A DNA stretch of 64,000 nucleotides from Candidatus Poribacteria bacterium (GTDB lineage Bacteria > Poribacteria > WGA-4E > WGA-3G), in NCBI GenBank assembly GCA_963665235.2, contig CAXXLX010000001.1:1600001-1664000 (forward strand), written 5' to 3'. The translations under genes and the position numbers were made by a program. Below are positions 18,800 through 28,706 of this stretch, in pieces (within the stretch, counting starts at the first letter, position 1; the number at the start of each line of letters is the position of its first letter). Under the pieces are notes generated by a model, which saw nothing but the letters and a program-made list of their open reading frames with translations, was not told the DNA's origin and made no database searches.

Positions 18800-19342
18800 A
18801 TGAGAATCACGGTACTGTTAGTTGCTTGTTTAATACTCTGCTTCACAGCGTGCGGTCCGAAAAGCATACCCTATTCACAGGGCACAGATGCCCCCAAACC
18901 GAGTAAAGCAGCAAAATCACATTACAACTGGGGACTCACGTATGCCAAACAGGGAAACCTAGAGCAAGCCGTCACCGAATTTAGATTGGCAATCCACTAT
19001 GAACCGAGGTGGGCATTGCCGTATTTCAATCTAGGCGCGACCTACGCAAACTGGGATAAACTTGACCAAGCCATCGTTGCATGGGAACACGCGGCGCATC
19101 TAGACCCGGACTTCGCAAAGGCGCATTATTACCTCGCCCTCGTCTATTCCGTAAAGGCGGGGAAGGTTTCACAGCAGTCCTTGCCGGGTTCCTATATTGC
19201 AAAGTCTATTGCATCTTTACGTGAAGCGATTCGGCTAGATAAGGCAGTATTCTCAGCAGCAGAGGCGGAACCGGTATTTGAGGCAATTCGCAACACACCC
19301 GAATATCAAGCTATGCGGCAAGCCGCTACACAGGAACAGTGA
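18800..19342 (+). CDS. TPR lipoprotein
   Basis: Lipobox-like FTAC; TPR units HYNWGLTY, YFNLGATY, HYYLALVY. Confidence 0.85.
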   Translation: MRITVLLVACLILCFTACGPKSIPYSQGTDAPKPSKAAKSHYNWGLTYAKQGNLEQAVTEFRLAIHYEPRWALPYFNLGATYANWDKLDQAIVAWEHAAHLDPDFAKAHYYLALVYSVKAGKVSQQSLPGSYIAKSIASLREAIRLDKAVFSAAEAEPVFEAIRNTPEYQAMRQAATQEQ

Positions 19343-19360
19343 GCCCCCGCACGACAAAAC

Positions 19361-20287
19361 ATGGCACGTTATACAACCGTTTCCCCCAGAGAACTCACAG
19401 AGATTGTGTCCCATTACGACATCGGCACACCGATAACGCTTGAGGACATTCCTGGTGGATTTGGGAATAGCAACTTTAAACTGACAACAACAGAGAGGAC
19501 ATTCCTGCTGAAAATTTGCGATGAGAAAACAGAGACAGAGCTGCAGGCACAAATCGCGCTGTTAGCGCATTTACGTAAACACGCGTACCCGACGGTCTAC
19601 CCGATTTTGCTGAAAAATGGTGAAGCACTTCACGTTAGACACACCGACTGTGTGATGCTCTATCCGTTTTTACAGGGGGTTACGCCGCAACCTTCCGAGC
19701 GGACGTTGGCATGTATTGGCGAAGCATTAGCACAATTGCATTGCATGCCGCCGCTTGCAGGATTGCCGCCCTTTCCGATGGGCATTTCGCAAATAGTTCC
19801 GTTTTTTGCCGAGGTAGAAGGCACACAATTTGTCACGCATCCGTTTGTCCTCCGTTTGAAATCGGACCTGGAATGGATGCGTCCCCAGCTGACGCAGCCA
19901 TTACCGGAAGGAATCCTACACGGTGATCTGTTTTTGGATAACACCCTATTTGATGGTGAACAGCTGGTTGCAATCCTTGATTTTGAGGAGGCATGTGCTG
20001 ACACTTTACTGATTGATGTCGGAATGACAATTATTGGATGTTGTTACACAGCACAGCATGACCTACATGTAGCCGCTGTACACAGTTTCCTGGACGCGTA
20101 TAACGCGTTGCGGCCCTTGACAGCAGCCGAATGGGACAGCTTGGATTGCTTCGTCCACTATGCTGCCAGTGCTATCGCGTTTTGGCGGTTTCGGCAATTC
20201 AATATCCGTCGTCCGGATGCGCGCCGCGCGGATACATATCAGGAGATGATTGAACACAGTGAGAAATGGCAGTCGAGAAATTTCTAA
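19361..20287 (+). CDS. thrB: Homoserine kinase type II (APH family)
   Basis: MARYT, NSNF, GILHGDLFLDN, ILDFEEAC. Confidence 0.8.
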   Translation: MARYTTVSPRELTEIVSHYDIGTPITLEDIPGGFGNSNFKLTTTERTFLLKICDEKTETELQAQIALLAHLRKHAYPTVYPILLKNGEALHVRHTDCVMLYPFLQGVTPQPSERTLACIGEALAQLHCMPPLAGLPPFPMGISQIVPFFAEVEGTQFVTHPFVLRLKSDLEWMRPQLTQPLPEGILHGDLFLDNTLFDGEQLVAILDFEEACADTLLIDVGMTIIGCCYTAQHDLHVAAVHSFLDAYNALRPLTAAEWDSLDCFVHYAASAIAFWRFRQFNIRRPDARRADTYQEMIEHSEKWQSRNF

Positions 20288-20313
20288 CGAACGCGCAGAA
20301 CCATAGGTAAGAT

Positions 20314-22047
20314 ATGTCTTTAGTAAGCTTAGAACATGTTACCAAATTTTATGACCCGGAGCTGATTCTAGACGATATTTCTGTCGCAATCGCCCCCGGG
20401 GACCGAATCGGATTAATTGGGCGTAACGGCACCGGGAAAACGACATTAATTAAAATCATCGCGGGTATGATTACCGATTTCAAGGGCACTGTTAACCGAG
20501 CAAAAAGCTTGCACATCGGATATCTGAACCAGGAGCCGGAGCTTGCGCGAGACTGCACGTTACGCCAGGAGATGCTAAAAGTTTTTGAGGAACGGCGCGC
20601 CCTTGAGGATAAGATGCTTCTGCTTGCAGAGGAGATAGAAACGGCAGAGCAGCCGGAGCTTTTGGCACAGTATGCAAAAGTTCAGGAACAGCATGAAAGG
20701 CTTGGCGGTTACGATTATGAGTACCAGATAAATCGCGTCCTCGGCGGTTTAGGTTTTAGCGAAGCGGACTTCAATCTACCGATACCTGTCCTCAGCGGTG
20801 GCCAGAAAAGCCGCGCAACGCTAGCGAAGCTCCTCCTTACAACACCGGACCTATTGCTCCTTGATGAACCGACAAATCATCTTGACATTAACGGTATTAC
20901 ATGGTTAGAAAATTACCTCAATAGTGAGTACAAAGGGGCTGTCCTCGTTGTTTCTCACGACCGGTATTTTTTGGATAGGGTTGTACGAAAGGTGTGGGAG
21001 TTAGCGGAGCACAAACTAAATATTTATCGTGGGAACTACTCTAAGTACACTGAAACCGAAGCCGTTGAGCGGTTAAGCGATGAACGCGCCTTTAAAAAAC
21101 AGCAAGCCTTTATTGCACATGAGGAGGATTTTATTCGACGCAATATAGCGGGGCAGCGGACACGAGAGGCGCAGGGCAGGCAGAAAAGGTTATCACGGTT
21201 GGAACAGGTTGAAAAACCGAGACGTGATAAGCGAACGCTGCGACTGAATTTTACGCCTGAAACCCGCGGCGGCAACGATATCCTCCGATGTAAAAATGTC
21301 GGCAAACAGTTCGGCGATAAGGTCGTCTTCACGGGACTAGATTTCGAGGTGAAATACCAGGATGTCATCGGGATTATCGGGGCAAACGGCACAGGAAAAA
21401 CAACGTTGTTCCGAATGATTTTGGGAGACGAATCCCCAACACAGGGGGAACTTTGGGTGGGACCGACGCTCAAGTTCGGATATTATACACAGGAATTAGA
21501 AGGACTCAACCGGCAGAATGAAATCATAGAGGAAATCTGGGCACTCTGTCCGGACCAGACGCAGGGTGAAATCCGCAGTTTTTTAGCAAGGTTTCTGTTC
21601 ACCGGAGATGACGTGTTCAAACAGATTGAAACGTTAAGTGGCGGTGAGCAGAGTCGCGTCCAATTGGCGAAATTATTGTTAGAAAACGCGAATGTCCTGC
21701 TGCTTGATGAACCAACAAACCATCTGGACATTCCCGCACGCGAGGCGTTAGAAGCCGCACTTGCCGAGTATCCAGCAACAATTTTCATTATCTCTCACGA
21801 CCGCTATCTGTTGAATAGTCTCGCCACAAAGCTCCTACTCTTTGATGCCAAAAAAGAGGGAGCAACAGCACACTTTTTTGAAGGCACCTATGCCCAATAT
21901 GAAGCCTCCCTGCGACAACCTGCCGAAGATGAATCCCCTGTCTCGGAAAAGAGCGCGTCAGAGAATCAACCGCCGCCCACGAAACGGAGGTCAAAATCTA
22001 AGCGTAAACGCAAGATGAAGGCACAACGTTTAGTCGGCAGCAACTAA
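20314..22047 (+). CDS. ABC-F family ATP-binding protein
   Basis: Two ABC cassettes (GRNGTGKTT/LSGGQ/LLLDEPTNHLD and GANGTGKTT/LSGGE/LDEPTNHLD); no TM segments. Confidence 0.93.
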   Translation: MSLVSLEHVTKFYDPELILDDISVAIAPGDRIGLIGRNGTGKTTLIKIIAGMITDFKGTVNRAKSLHIGYLNQEPELARDCTLRQEMLKVFEERRALEDKMLLLAEEIETAEQPELLAQYAKVQEQHERLGGYDYEYQINRVLGGLGFSEADFNLPIPVLSGGQKSRATLAKLLLTTPDLLLLDEPTNHLDINGITWLENYLNSEYKGAVLVVSHDRYFLDRVVRKVWELAEHKLNIYRGNYSKYTETEAVERLSDERAFKKQQAFIAHEEDFIRRNIAGQRTREAQGRQKRLSRLEQVEKPRRDKRTLRLNFTPETRGGNDILRCKNVGKQFGDKVVFTGLDFEVKYQDVIGIIGANGTGKTTLFRMILGDESPTQGELWVGPTLKFGYYTQELEGLNRQNEIIEEIWALCPDQTQGEIRSFLARFLFTGDDVFKQIETLSGGEQSRVQLAKLLLENANVLLLDEPTNHLDIPAREALEAALAEYPATIFIISHDRYLLNSLATKLLLFDAKKEGATAHFFEGTYAQYEASLRQPAEDESPVSEKSASENQPPPTKRRSKSKRKRKMKAQRLVGSN

Positions 22048-22073
22048 AAAAATTCAGCAAAATTCATTTTAAT

Positions 22074-22117
22074 TTGACATTCTGGGAAAACCGGTGTATA
22101 ATTATATCGTATACGAT
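22074..22117 (+). promoter_or_regulatory. Consensus sigma70 promoter followed by palindrome ATCGTATACGAT (candidate MarR operator)
   Basis: TTGACA 22074-22079, 17 nt, TATAAT 22097-22102; perfect 12-bp palindrome at 22106-22117 near the predicted TSS. Confidence 0.7.
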
Positions 22118-22149
22118 GAAATATATCTCTGATATAGGACGTATTAGAA

Positions 22150-23028
22150 ATGTCTAAGGACCATGAATTTAATGAAAAAATTGATGTCGTGATACGTGTG
22201 ATGCGTCATGCACAAGCAGCGGTTAAATCTAGGTTCATACAAGAAGTTGTTCCCAATCGTCTGACGATTGTACAATTCAACGCACTTCAACACCTGCATT
22301 GGTATGGCGGTGAGCGTGGGATGTCAGTCAGTGAGCTCGGTGAGCACTTGGGGCTTGCACATAACACAGTTTCTGGGTTAGTGAGTCGTCTTGAACAGCA
22401 TGGGTGGGTAATCCGTCGTAAGTGTGATGAAGATCGGCGGCGTGCCCGCATTCAACTCACCCCGCAATCTCAACACCTTTTCCGGGAACGTCTTGAACAT
22501 GCAGAGAACTTTTGGCAAAGCACTTTTGGGCAGTTATCGCCAGAAGAACAGGAAACGTTGATTGAAAGTCTGCAACGGTTGAAACAGGTAATGGCGAAGC
22601 CGGTGTGGCCCAGTTATGCCCAGTTGCATCCTCGTGACGCGACGCGTTTGCAAGAACGGTTTGAAACCGAATTAGCCGAACTTGCACAAGGGAAGCTGAA
22701 ACTTGTGGGCATCCGGTTGATTCTTGCCCAAATCGCAGAAAAACGGGATGAGCATGAACTTGCAGCGTTTTTGAACCAGGCAGCTTCCGAAGAAATTCGG
22801 CATACCGACCAGCTGTTCGAACTGCTCGGACATGGCGAAGATTTTGAGCGGCTACTTAAAGCCCTCGCCCAGGAGGACGACGTGGTGTATGAAGAGCTGT
22901 TAGCGTTAGTTGAAAACGCACCGTGTGACGAAAACGCCGAAGAGCTCCTGCTCCTTCAGGAAATGGTTCAAAATAGTCGGAGATATAGACGTTGGTTTCG
23001 CAATATCCATAAAAAAACGAATGAGTGA
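22150..23028 (+). CDS. MarR family regulator with C-terminal ferritin/rubrerythrin-like domain
   Basis: wHTH MSVSELGEHLGLAHNTVSGLVSRLE...DRR; C-terminal LAAFLNQAASEEIRHTDQLFELLG. Confidence 0.85.
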   Translation: MSKDHEFNEKIDVVIRVMRHAQAAVKSRFIQEVVPNRLTIVQFNALQHLHWYGGERGMSVSELGEHLGLAHNTVSGLVSRLEQHGWVIRRKCDEDRRRARIQLTPQSQHLFRERLEHAENFWQSTFGQLSPEEQETLIESLQRLKQVMAKPVWPSYAQLHPRDATRLQERFETELAELAQGKLKLVGIRLILAQIAEKRDEHELAAFLNQAASEEIRHTDQLFELLGHGEDFERLLKALAQEDDVVYEELLALVENAPCDENAEELLLLQEMVQNSRRYRRWFRNIHKKTNE

Positions 23029-23193
23029 TTTCTATTTTGCTAATGGACACCTGAGACTACCCCTTTTGATTCCGAACCCAGTGCCCGCAACAGCCAAGGC
23101 CAAGGATGCAGAAGCCGTTTTCTAGGTCAAGAACACTTAAGGAGAGTAGCTCTCTAGCAACTGAAATTCTACATAGTAAAAAAGGAACAGAAT

Positions 23194-23814
23194 ATGCAGT
23201 CCCAAAGTCCCGAAAACCTTCCGCCAGACTGTTACGATGATGCCGAACTGATTGAGCAATTTCAGCGAGGTGATAAGGCTGTATTTGATACACTCTTTAC
23301 ACGTTATCAGAAACGCACCTATCGGTTAGTGCAGCGTTTTGTACCGAACCATGAAGATGCTCAGGATATTACGCAGGACGCGTTTATTCGTGCGTACCAA
23401 GGATTAAATGATTTTAAAAGCCAGTGCCAGTTTTATAGTTGGCTTTACCGCATTACGGTGAACCTCTGTATAGATTTCTTAAGGAAAAAGTCACGGTCAG
23501 AAATGCTGGTCTATGAATCGGAAGACTCGGATGAATTGCCATTAGCAAATTTTCCGGACCTACGTTCAGATTCGCCTGCCAAAGCAGTTGAAAATAAGGA
23601 ACTAAGAGCGCACATCCGGAAAGCAATTCGTCAGCTTCCGCCGAAGCAGCGCCAAATCTTCATTTTGCGGCACTGGGATGGGTTATCGCTTAAAGATATC
23701 GCAGCTACGGTTGGCCGCTCGGATGGTACCGTCAAGGCACATCTGTTTCACGCGCATCGCAACCTGCGCAAGTATCTCAGCTCTTACCTGAAAGAGGAAG
23801 AGGCTGAGGAATGA
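23194..23814 (+). CDS. ECF (RpoE-like) sigma-70 factor
   Basis: DAQDITQDAFIRAY, FYSWLYRITVNLCIDFLRK, DIAATVGRSDGTVKAHL. Confidence 0.93.
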   Translation: MQSQSPENLPPDCYDDAELIEQFQRGDKAVFDTLFTRYQKRTYRLVQRFVPNHEDAQDITQDAFIRAYQGLNDFKSQCQFYSWLYRITVNLCIDFLRKKSRSEMLVYESEDSDELPLANFPDLRSDSPAKAVENKELRAHIRKAIRQLPPKQRQIFILRHWDGLSLKDIAATVGRSDGTVKAHLFHAHRNLRKYLSSYLKEEEAEE

Positions 23815-24097
23815 ACTGAAAAAAAAGTGTTTAAATGATATTGTATCCCTGTTTAAACCTTGTGCAATGTACCCCACAGCCTGGAAACGGAATCTCCGTT
23901 GTAAATCGCCAGACTGTGGAGTACATTTCCGGGGTATCCTGATGTATCAATTTAGCGTCTATACCCTCCCCCCGTTTGTCTATTCCGATGTCCTGCCAAA
24001 AATAAACAATCTGGGATTTCTCGAAAGCACTCAGAAGCCACTACCTATCAACGTTCTCTCAATACGCAGTTATGAAAATGCTAAAAAATGCTCATCG

Positions 24098-24332
24098 AAT
24101 GTCGGTTTGCATAACCCCTATAAATATATCGTCCTTGAGGAGCGGGCTGCTTGCCCGAATACTGGGACTAAGAGCGGTGGGGAAACGGCTCTTCTATAAA
24201 TATATCGTCCTTGAGGAGCGGGAAACCGTTTGCCCGAATACTGGGACTAAGAGGCGGGGAACCTTTTGCCCAATATTCGGGCACACAGTCCGCTCCTCAT
24301 ACTAGGTCAAAACTTTTTTCAAACTCACGTTA
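24098..24332. mobile_element. MITE-like repeat (CAAACTCACGTT end) with an internal ~76-bp tandem duplication
   Basis: CTATAAATATATCGTCCTTGAGGAGCGGG...TGCCCGAATACTGGGACTAAGAG at 24118 and 24194; ends shared with 34890-35053 and 40986-41137. Confidence 0.6.
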
Positions 24333-24339
24333 ATAGAGA

Positions 24340-25371
24340 TTACGTTTCCTCGGTATCCGATGTGAAGAGGGCTTCAACAAACTCCGCACCTGCAAAATCG
24401 CGTAAATCGTCAAGTTTTTCGCCAATACCGATGAGTTTGACAGGTGCCCCGATTTCAGCATTTACCCCAATCACTATACCACCTTTAGCAGTGCCATCCA
24501 GTTTAGTCACAACTACCCCGGTAATGGGTACCGCTTCGTTGAAAATTTTCGCCTGCATCAGTGCGTTCTGCCCGACCGTCCCATCAATGACCAGCAGTAC
24601 TTCGTGAGGTGCACCGACATGTCCCTTTGCCATCACACGTCCGATTTTTGCTAATTCGTCCATCAAAGGTTTTTTCGTATGAAGCCTGCCAGCGGTATCA
24701 ACAATTAGCAGGTCAGCGTTGCGATGTTTCGCTGCATGAACTGCGTCAAACACAACAGATGCGGGTTCCGCGCGTTCCCCACCACGAATCAGTTCAGCAC
24801 CGGCTCTATCACACCAAATCGCTAGTTGGTCCTCCGCCGCTGCGCGGAATGTATCTCCTGCTGCGACGATAACACGGGAGCCGTCAGCCCCAAAACGACT
24901 TGCAAGTTTGCCGATAGTCGTTGTTTTCCCGGCACCATTCACACCGAGAATCAAAATCGTATAAGGTTTTTCACCTTCAATCTGCAACGGAACATCTTCG
25001 CCAAGTAGATTCAGAATTTCGTCTTTTATTACCTGTTCCAACGCTGCCGAATCATCTAATCCATTGGATTTCACCGTTTCTCTGACATTGTCCATCAACT
25101 TCAGCGTAGTATCAACCCCCACATCAGCTTGGATTAAAATCTCCTCGAGCTCCTCCATCAGTTCCTCGTCAATTTTCCTACCAACCCGAAGGAGTCCTGT
25201 GAGTTGAGATATAAACCGGTGTCTCGTTTTCGCCAACCCGGATTTGAGACGATTAAACCAGTTTTTCTCTTCGGGGGCCGCCTCTAATTCATCGGGGGCT
25301 GCCTCTGATTCGGGGGTTACCTCTGATTCAACCGTGGTTTTATCCCCCCTCTTAAACAGTTTTCTGAGCAC
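24340..25371 (-). CDS. ftsY: Signal recognition particle receptor
   Basis: GVNGAGKTTTIGKLA, DTFRAAA, DTAGR, TKLDGTAKGG, GIGEKLDDL. Confidence 0.97.
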   Translation of the reverse strand: MLRKLFKRGDKTTVESEVTPESEAAPDELEAAPEEKNWFNRLKSGLAKTRHRFISQLTGLLRVGRKIDEELMEELEEILIQADVGVDTTLKLMDNVRETVKSNGLDDSAALEQVIKDEILNLLGEDVPLQIEGEKPYTILILGVNGAGKTTTIGKLASRFGADGSRVIVAAGDTFRAAAEDQLAIWCDRAGAELIRGGERAEPASVVFDAVHAAKHRNADLLIVDTAGRLHTKKPLMDELAKIGRVMAKGHVGAPHEVLLVIDGTVGQNALMQAKIFNEAVPITGVVVTKLDGTAKGGIVIGVNAEIGAPVKLIGIGEKLDDLRDFAGAEFVEALFTSDTEET

Positions 25372-25548
25372 GTATCGCTTTCTCCTTTTATTCTAAAATT
25401 AGCTGTGCTTCATGCATGGTTAAAACTGCGCCTTTGTAAACCTGCCTACAAAGCGCGCCCCTCCATGCAAGAACGTAAAATTATTTGCTTGCAAGAAGTT
25501 TCAAAATTTGATAACATAACCCCTAATTGGATTTGTCACTAATATAGT

Positions 25549-25660
25549 CAGGATGGACGCAAATTTAGCGCGTAGGCTCGGAGAGGCGAGGTCTCCTCGC
25601 CCGTTAGGCCATCTAAATCCCATTCTCATAAGGCCTTATCGACCTGCTGCGTCTGTCTTG
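25549..25660. mobile_element. MITE-like element with GGCGAGGTCTCCTCGCCC REP core
   Basis: CAGGATGGACGCAAATTT...TGCGTCTGTCTTG; same family as 18488-18713. Confidence 0.55.
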
Positions 25661-25939
25661 TATAGTAATACTATAACACAATTTCAAAAAATGTGTTAGT
25701 TTTAAGGGGGCGGTAAAGTTTTTGGCACAGGTATATGGAAAAGCATGGAAGTGGAAGATTGGAAAGCCAGTTCACCGCCTAAGTCGGGTGTTGATTTGAC
25801 CATCGGCGGTGCCCCTCCATCTCCTTCCTCTGTTGAAACCCAGATATATAGGAAATTGGAAAATTAAACGCTAACTTATACCATTTTTATTAATTATTCT
25901 ATCATTACCGGTTGTTGGAAATGAAACGGAGAACGGAAG

Positions 25940-26096
25940 ACACAAACTGGAAGTTTATGCTACGATAAAGAACACAAACTGGAAGTTTATGCTACGATAA
26001 AGAACACAAACTGGAAGTTTATGCTACGATAAAGAACACAAACTGGAAGTTTATGCTACGATAAAGAACACAAAGAAGTTTATGCTACAAGAAAGA
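25940..26096. repeat. Tandem repeat: four perfect 32-bp units plus one degenerate unit, built on REP GTAGCATAAACTTCCAGTTTGTG (minus strand)
   Basis: ACACAAACTGGAAGTTTATGCTACGATAAAGA at 25940, 25972, 26004 and 26036; flanked by inverted ATACCATTT/AAATGGTAT at ~25878 and ~26120. Confidence 0.92.
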
Positions 26097-26409
26097 GACA
26101 TTTTCAATTAGAAATGGTATTACATAAAAAAGCGGTGGATTTTTCATCTGTGGTTACGGGTTGTCCGTATTCTGATGTATCAACGCCAGAATACTAAACA
26201 TCAACAACCTATAATCGATACGTTCAGATGTTTCTGAGAAACGAACCCCGCACCTATGTGCATCTCCCTCAGGAACGTCTCGTTTATCTAATAGAGATAG
26301 AGAAGGCATGCTAAGGGACAAGCTGCCGCCTTCGCATTCTCCTCAATATCGGATTGAGGGGTGAACATCAACGTAAAATACCGGCACCTGTTTTGGTGCC
26401 AAAAGGAGT

Positions 26410-27240
26410 ATGAAAATGTTAGTTAGAACATATCTCACCGTTGCTACAGTCATGATGCTGTTTTGTCTCGGTTTTGTGACAAGCAGTGATGCGTTTCGTA
26501 TTGTGGAAATGAGACCCGATAATAACTCGTCATACGAAGACAAGGATTATGGTGTGACCTCCCAAACTATATGGCACGTCGCTTATCTGAGAACGGATGA
26601 ACCGTACTATAGTGTTACATGGTACGTTAATGACGTTGTATCAGGATATAGCTATGGGGGTCACGTTGCAACAGAAGCTTATTTTTCGCCCTATTGGCTA
26701 ACTGGAGACATTACTGGGGCAAATTATGTGATAAAGGCGGTCGCTTGTAGGATGGACAAAAATCCGCTTTCTACAGACACGGATTTCTACAAACTCGTAG
26801 TCTGGAAGCCGGTGATAAGACAGGATATCTATAGGATCGATGTTTATGGGTACGCAGAGCTCACGAAACAGTACTACGACAACGGCGTGATAACCACATC
26901 GCAGTATGTCCATGCTCGTGGCGGTCCCCGGGGTGGTGATCTTTTCTGGCGGTTCATGCATGAGGTCCGAGGGCCCAACGGCGGTCGAATCGGTTTTGAG
27001 CAGGAGGAATTAGAGGACGAGAATGGGGTCGCTGCACTTTTCAAGTTAGCCCCCGGTGCTTCGTATACTTCACCTACGGTAGACCTCTCCATTTCCCTAC
27101 CAACGGCATCAGGGATATACACCTCAAAGGCGTATGTAAACCTCGAAGTCGAAGGGACTGAAATCAATGCGGAAGACGGGAAACGTAAGGTAAAAGACAG
27201 CTGGCCCGTTACGAACGAAAAGACGTTCCAACAAGAATAA
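26410..27240 (+). CDS. Hypothetical secreted protein with TDEPYYSVTWYV domain
   Basis: RBS AAGGAG; signal peptide (SSDA|); motif shared with the 7849 and 16506 proteins. Confidence 0.8.
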   Translation: MKMLVRTYLTVATVMMLFCLGFVTSSDAFRIVEMRPDNNSSYEDKDYGVTSQTIWHVAYLRTDEPYYSVTWYVNDVVSGYSYGGHVATEAYFSPYWLTGDITGANYVIKAVACRMDKNPLSTDTDFYKLVVWKPVIRQDIYRIDVYGYAELTKQYYDNGVITTSQYVHARGGPRGGDLFWRFMHEVRGPNGGRIGFEQEELEDENGVAALFKLAPGASYTSPTVDLSISLPTASGIYTSKAYVNLEVEGTEINAEDGKRKVKDSWPVTNEKTFQQE

Positions 27241-27291
27241 CCTTAGAGGGCGGGTGTCTTCACCCGCCCCCTTCCTAAAAGGAGTAGGGCA

Positions 27292-28434
27292 ATGCGTAGT
27301 CTTACAGCAACCTTAGGGTTTCTCCTCTGTTTCGTATCTATTGCAAGTGCGAAAATCGTCTTTACGTCAAATCGCAATAGCGATGACAAAGACAATTACG
27401 ACATCTATTTGATGGACGATGATGGTGGCAACCTCCAGCAACTCACGCATACACAACTGAGCGAGAGTGCCCCGCAATGGTCCCCCAATGGCAAACAGAT
27501 TGTTTTCAAGCGGCAAGTGCATCCATTTGATTCGCAAAGGTCACACTTGTTCATCATGAAGGCAGATGGCACAAATGAACGGCAACTCACGCCCCCCCCC
27601 AAGAAGGGATTTGATACCTATCCCGTGTTTTTCCCGGATGGGAAGCGGCTTCTTTTTGTCCGGTATATGTCTCACGATGATGCCCCTGACGCGCACACCA
27701 TCAATGTGATGAACCTCGCCACAGGAACTATCAAAAAAATCGCTGACTTTGGCGTAAACTTTCCCGATGTGTCCCCAGATGGTAAGCATATTGTCTACGG
27801 TGATATACATGGGGCGGGGGGCAACGGCGGAAGTAATATCGGATTGATGAACACAGATGGGGACGATGTGTCTGAACTCCTGCCATCCCCTCCAGAAAAA
27901 CCCACGACACTGAGAGGGATGCCAAGATGGTCCCCGGATGGCAAGCAAATCCTATATACCGAAAGTCAGTATAACATTGTTCGCTTCAAGAACACGGTTG
28001 CCTACGAAGCAATAGGGCATCTATACCGAATATGCAATCGGGATGGCACCCCCCATCGCCGCTTGAGTATTCCGAAGAATAGAACACCCGCCGGCTTAGC
28101 TTGGATGGATAACGGAAAGGCGATACTTTACAGCGCAGGTGAGGTGGAACTGAACAAAGCCCCGGAGAAAGTGGTGGGGAGTTATAATATCTATAAATAT
28201 GAGATTGCTCCCGGTCAAAACACACCGCTGACAACGCATCCCGCAAACGACAAGTATGCGGATTGGATAAGTGATAGGGTATATTCAGTGTCGCCCGCAG
28301 ACAAAAAACCTGTGCGATGGGGAGAACTCAAGTCGCTTTTACTGCCTATGTATCGTGCGGGGATCGACGTATTTTTGCAAGACGTGCGCCTTTTCCGCAT
28401 GTTCAGAACTTTCACCGGACTGTCCAGAAAATGA
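27292..28434 (+). CDS. Secreted TolB-like PD40 beta-propeller with WGxLK motif near the C-terminus
   Basis: WSPNG/FPDG/SPDG repeats; VSPADKKPVRWGELK; paralog of 17363. Confidence 0.88.
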   Translation: MRSLTATLGFLLCFVSIASAKIVFTSNRNSDDKDNYDIYLMDDDGGNLQQLTHTQLSESAPQWSPNGKQIVFKRQVHPFDSQRSHLFIMKADGTNERQLTPPPKKGFDTYPVFFPDGKRLLFVRYMSHDDAPDAHTINVMNLATGTIKKIADFGVNFPDVSPDGKHIVYGDIHGAGGNGGSNIGLMNTDGDDVSELLPSPPEKPTTLRGMPRWSPDGKQILYTESQYNIVRFKNTVAYEAIGHLYRICNRDGTPHRRLSIPKNRTPAGLAWMDNGKAILYSAGEVELNKAPEKVVGSYNIYKYEIAPGQNTPLTTHPANDKYADWISDRVYSVSPADKKPVRWGELKSLLLPMYRAGIDVFLQDVRLFRMFRTFTGLSRK

Positions 28435-28706
28435 ACAGTCGTGTCTCTCTACTGGAACACCAAAATTGCTATGGTTCTGCCCTGTGAGTGTGTTAACCGT
28501 GATAAGGTATTTCTGAAGGTTTGAACGGGCAATGAATGGTATCTCTTACTAAACACTGCTCTGTACACAAAAACTACATAACTTAGCTCAGGTAGAGAAT
28601 GAGTGCTAATAAAAATTTTAACCCTGTGGTCATTGACTTTATCACAAGCAACCGCCCATATTTTTTACAAGAGGGCTTTTATTTATTCGGAAAGAGAGGA
28701 AAATTT

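Noticed and set aside
24118-24262. Mini-CRISPR (two ~29-bp repeats)
   Set aside because: The intervening sequence is also duplicated, and it lies inside a MITE-like repeat.
25940-26096. CRISPR array
   Set aside because: The units are fully identical with no unique spacers and there are no cas genes; it is a REP-derived tandem repeat.
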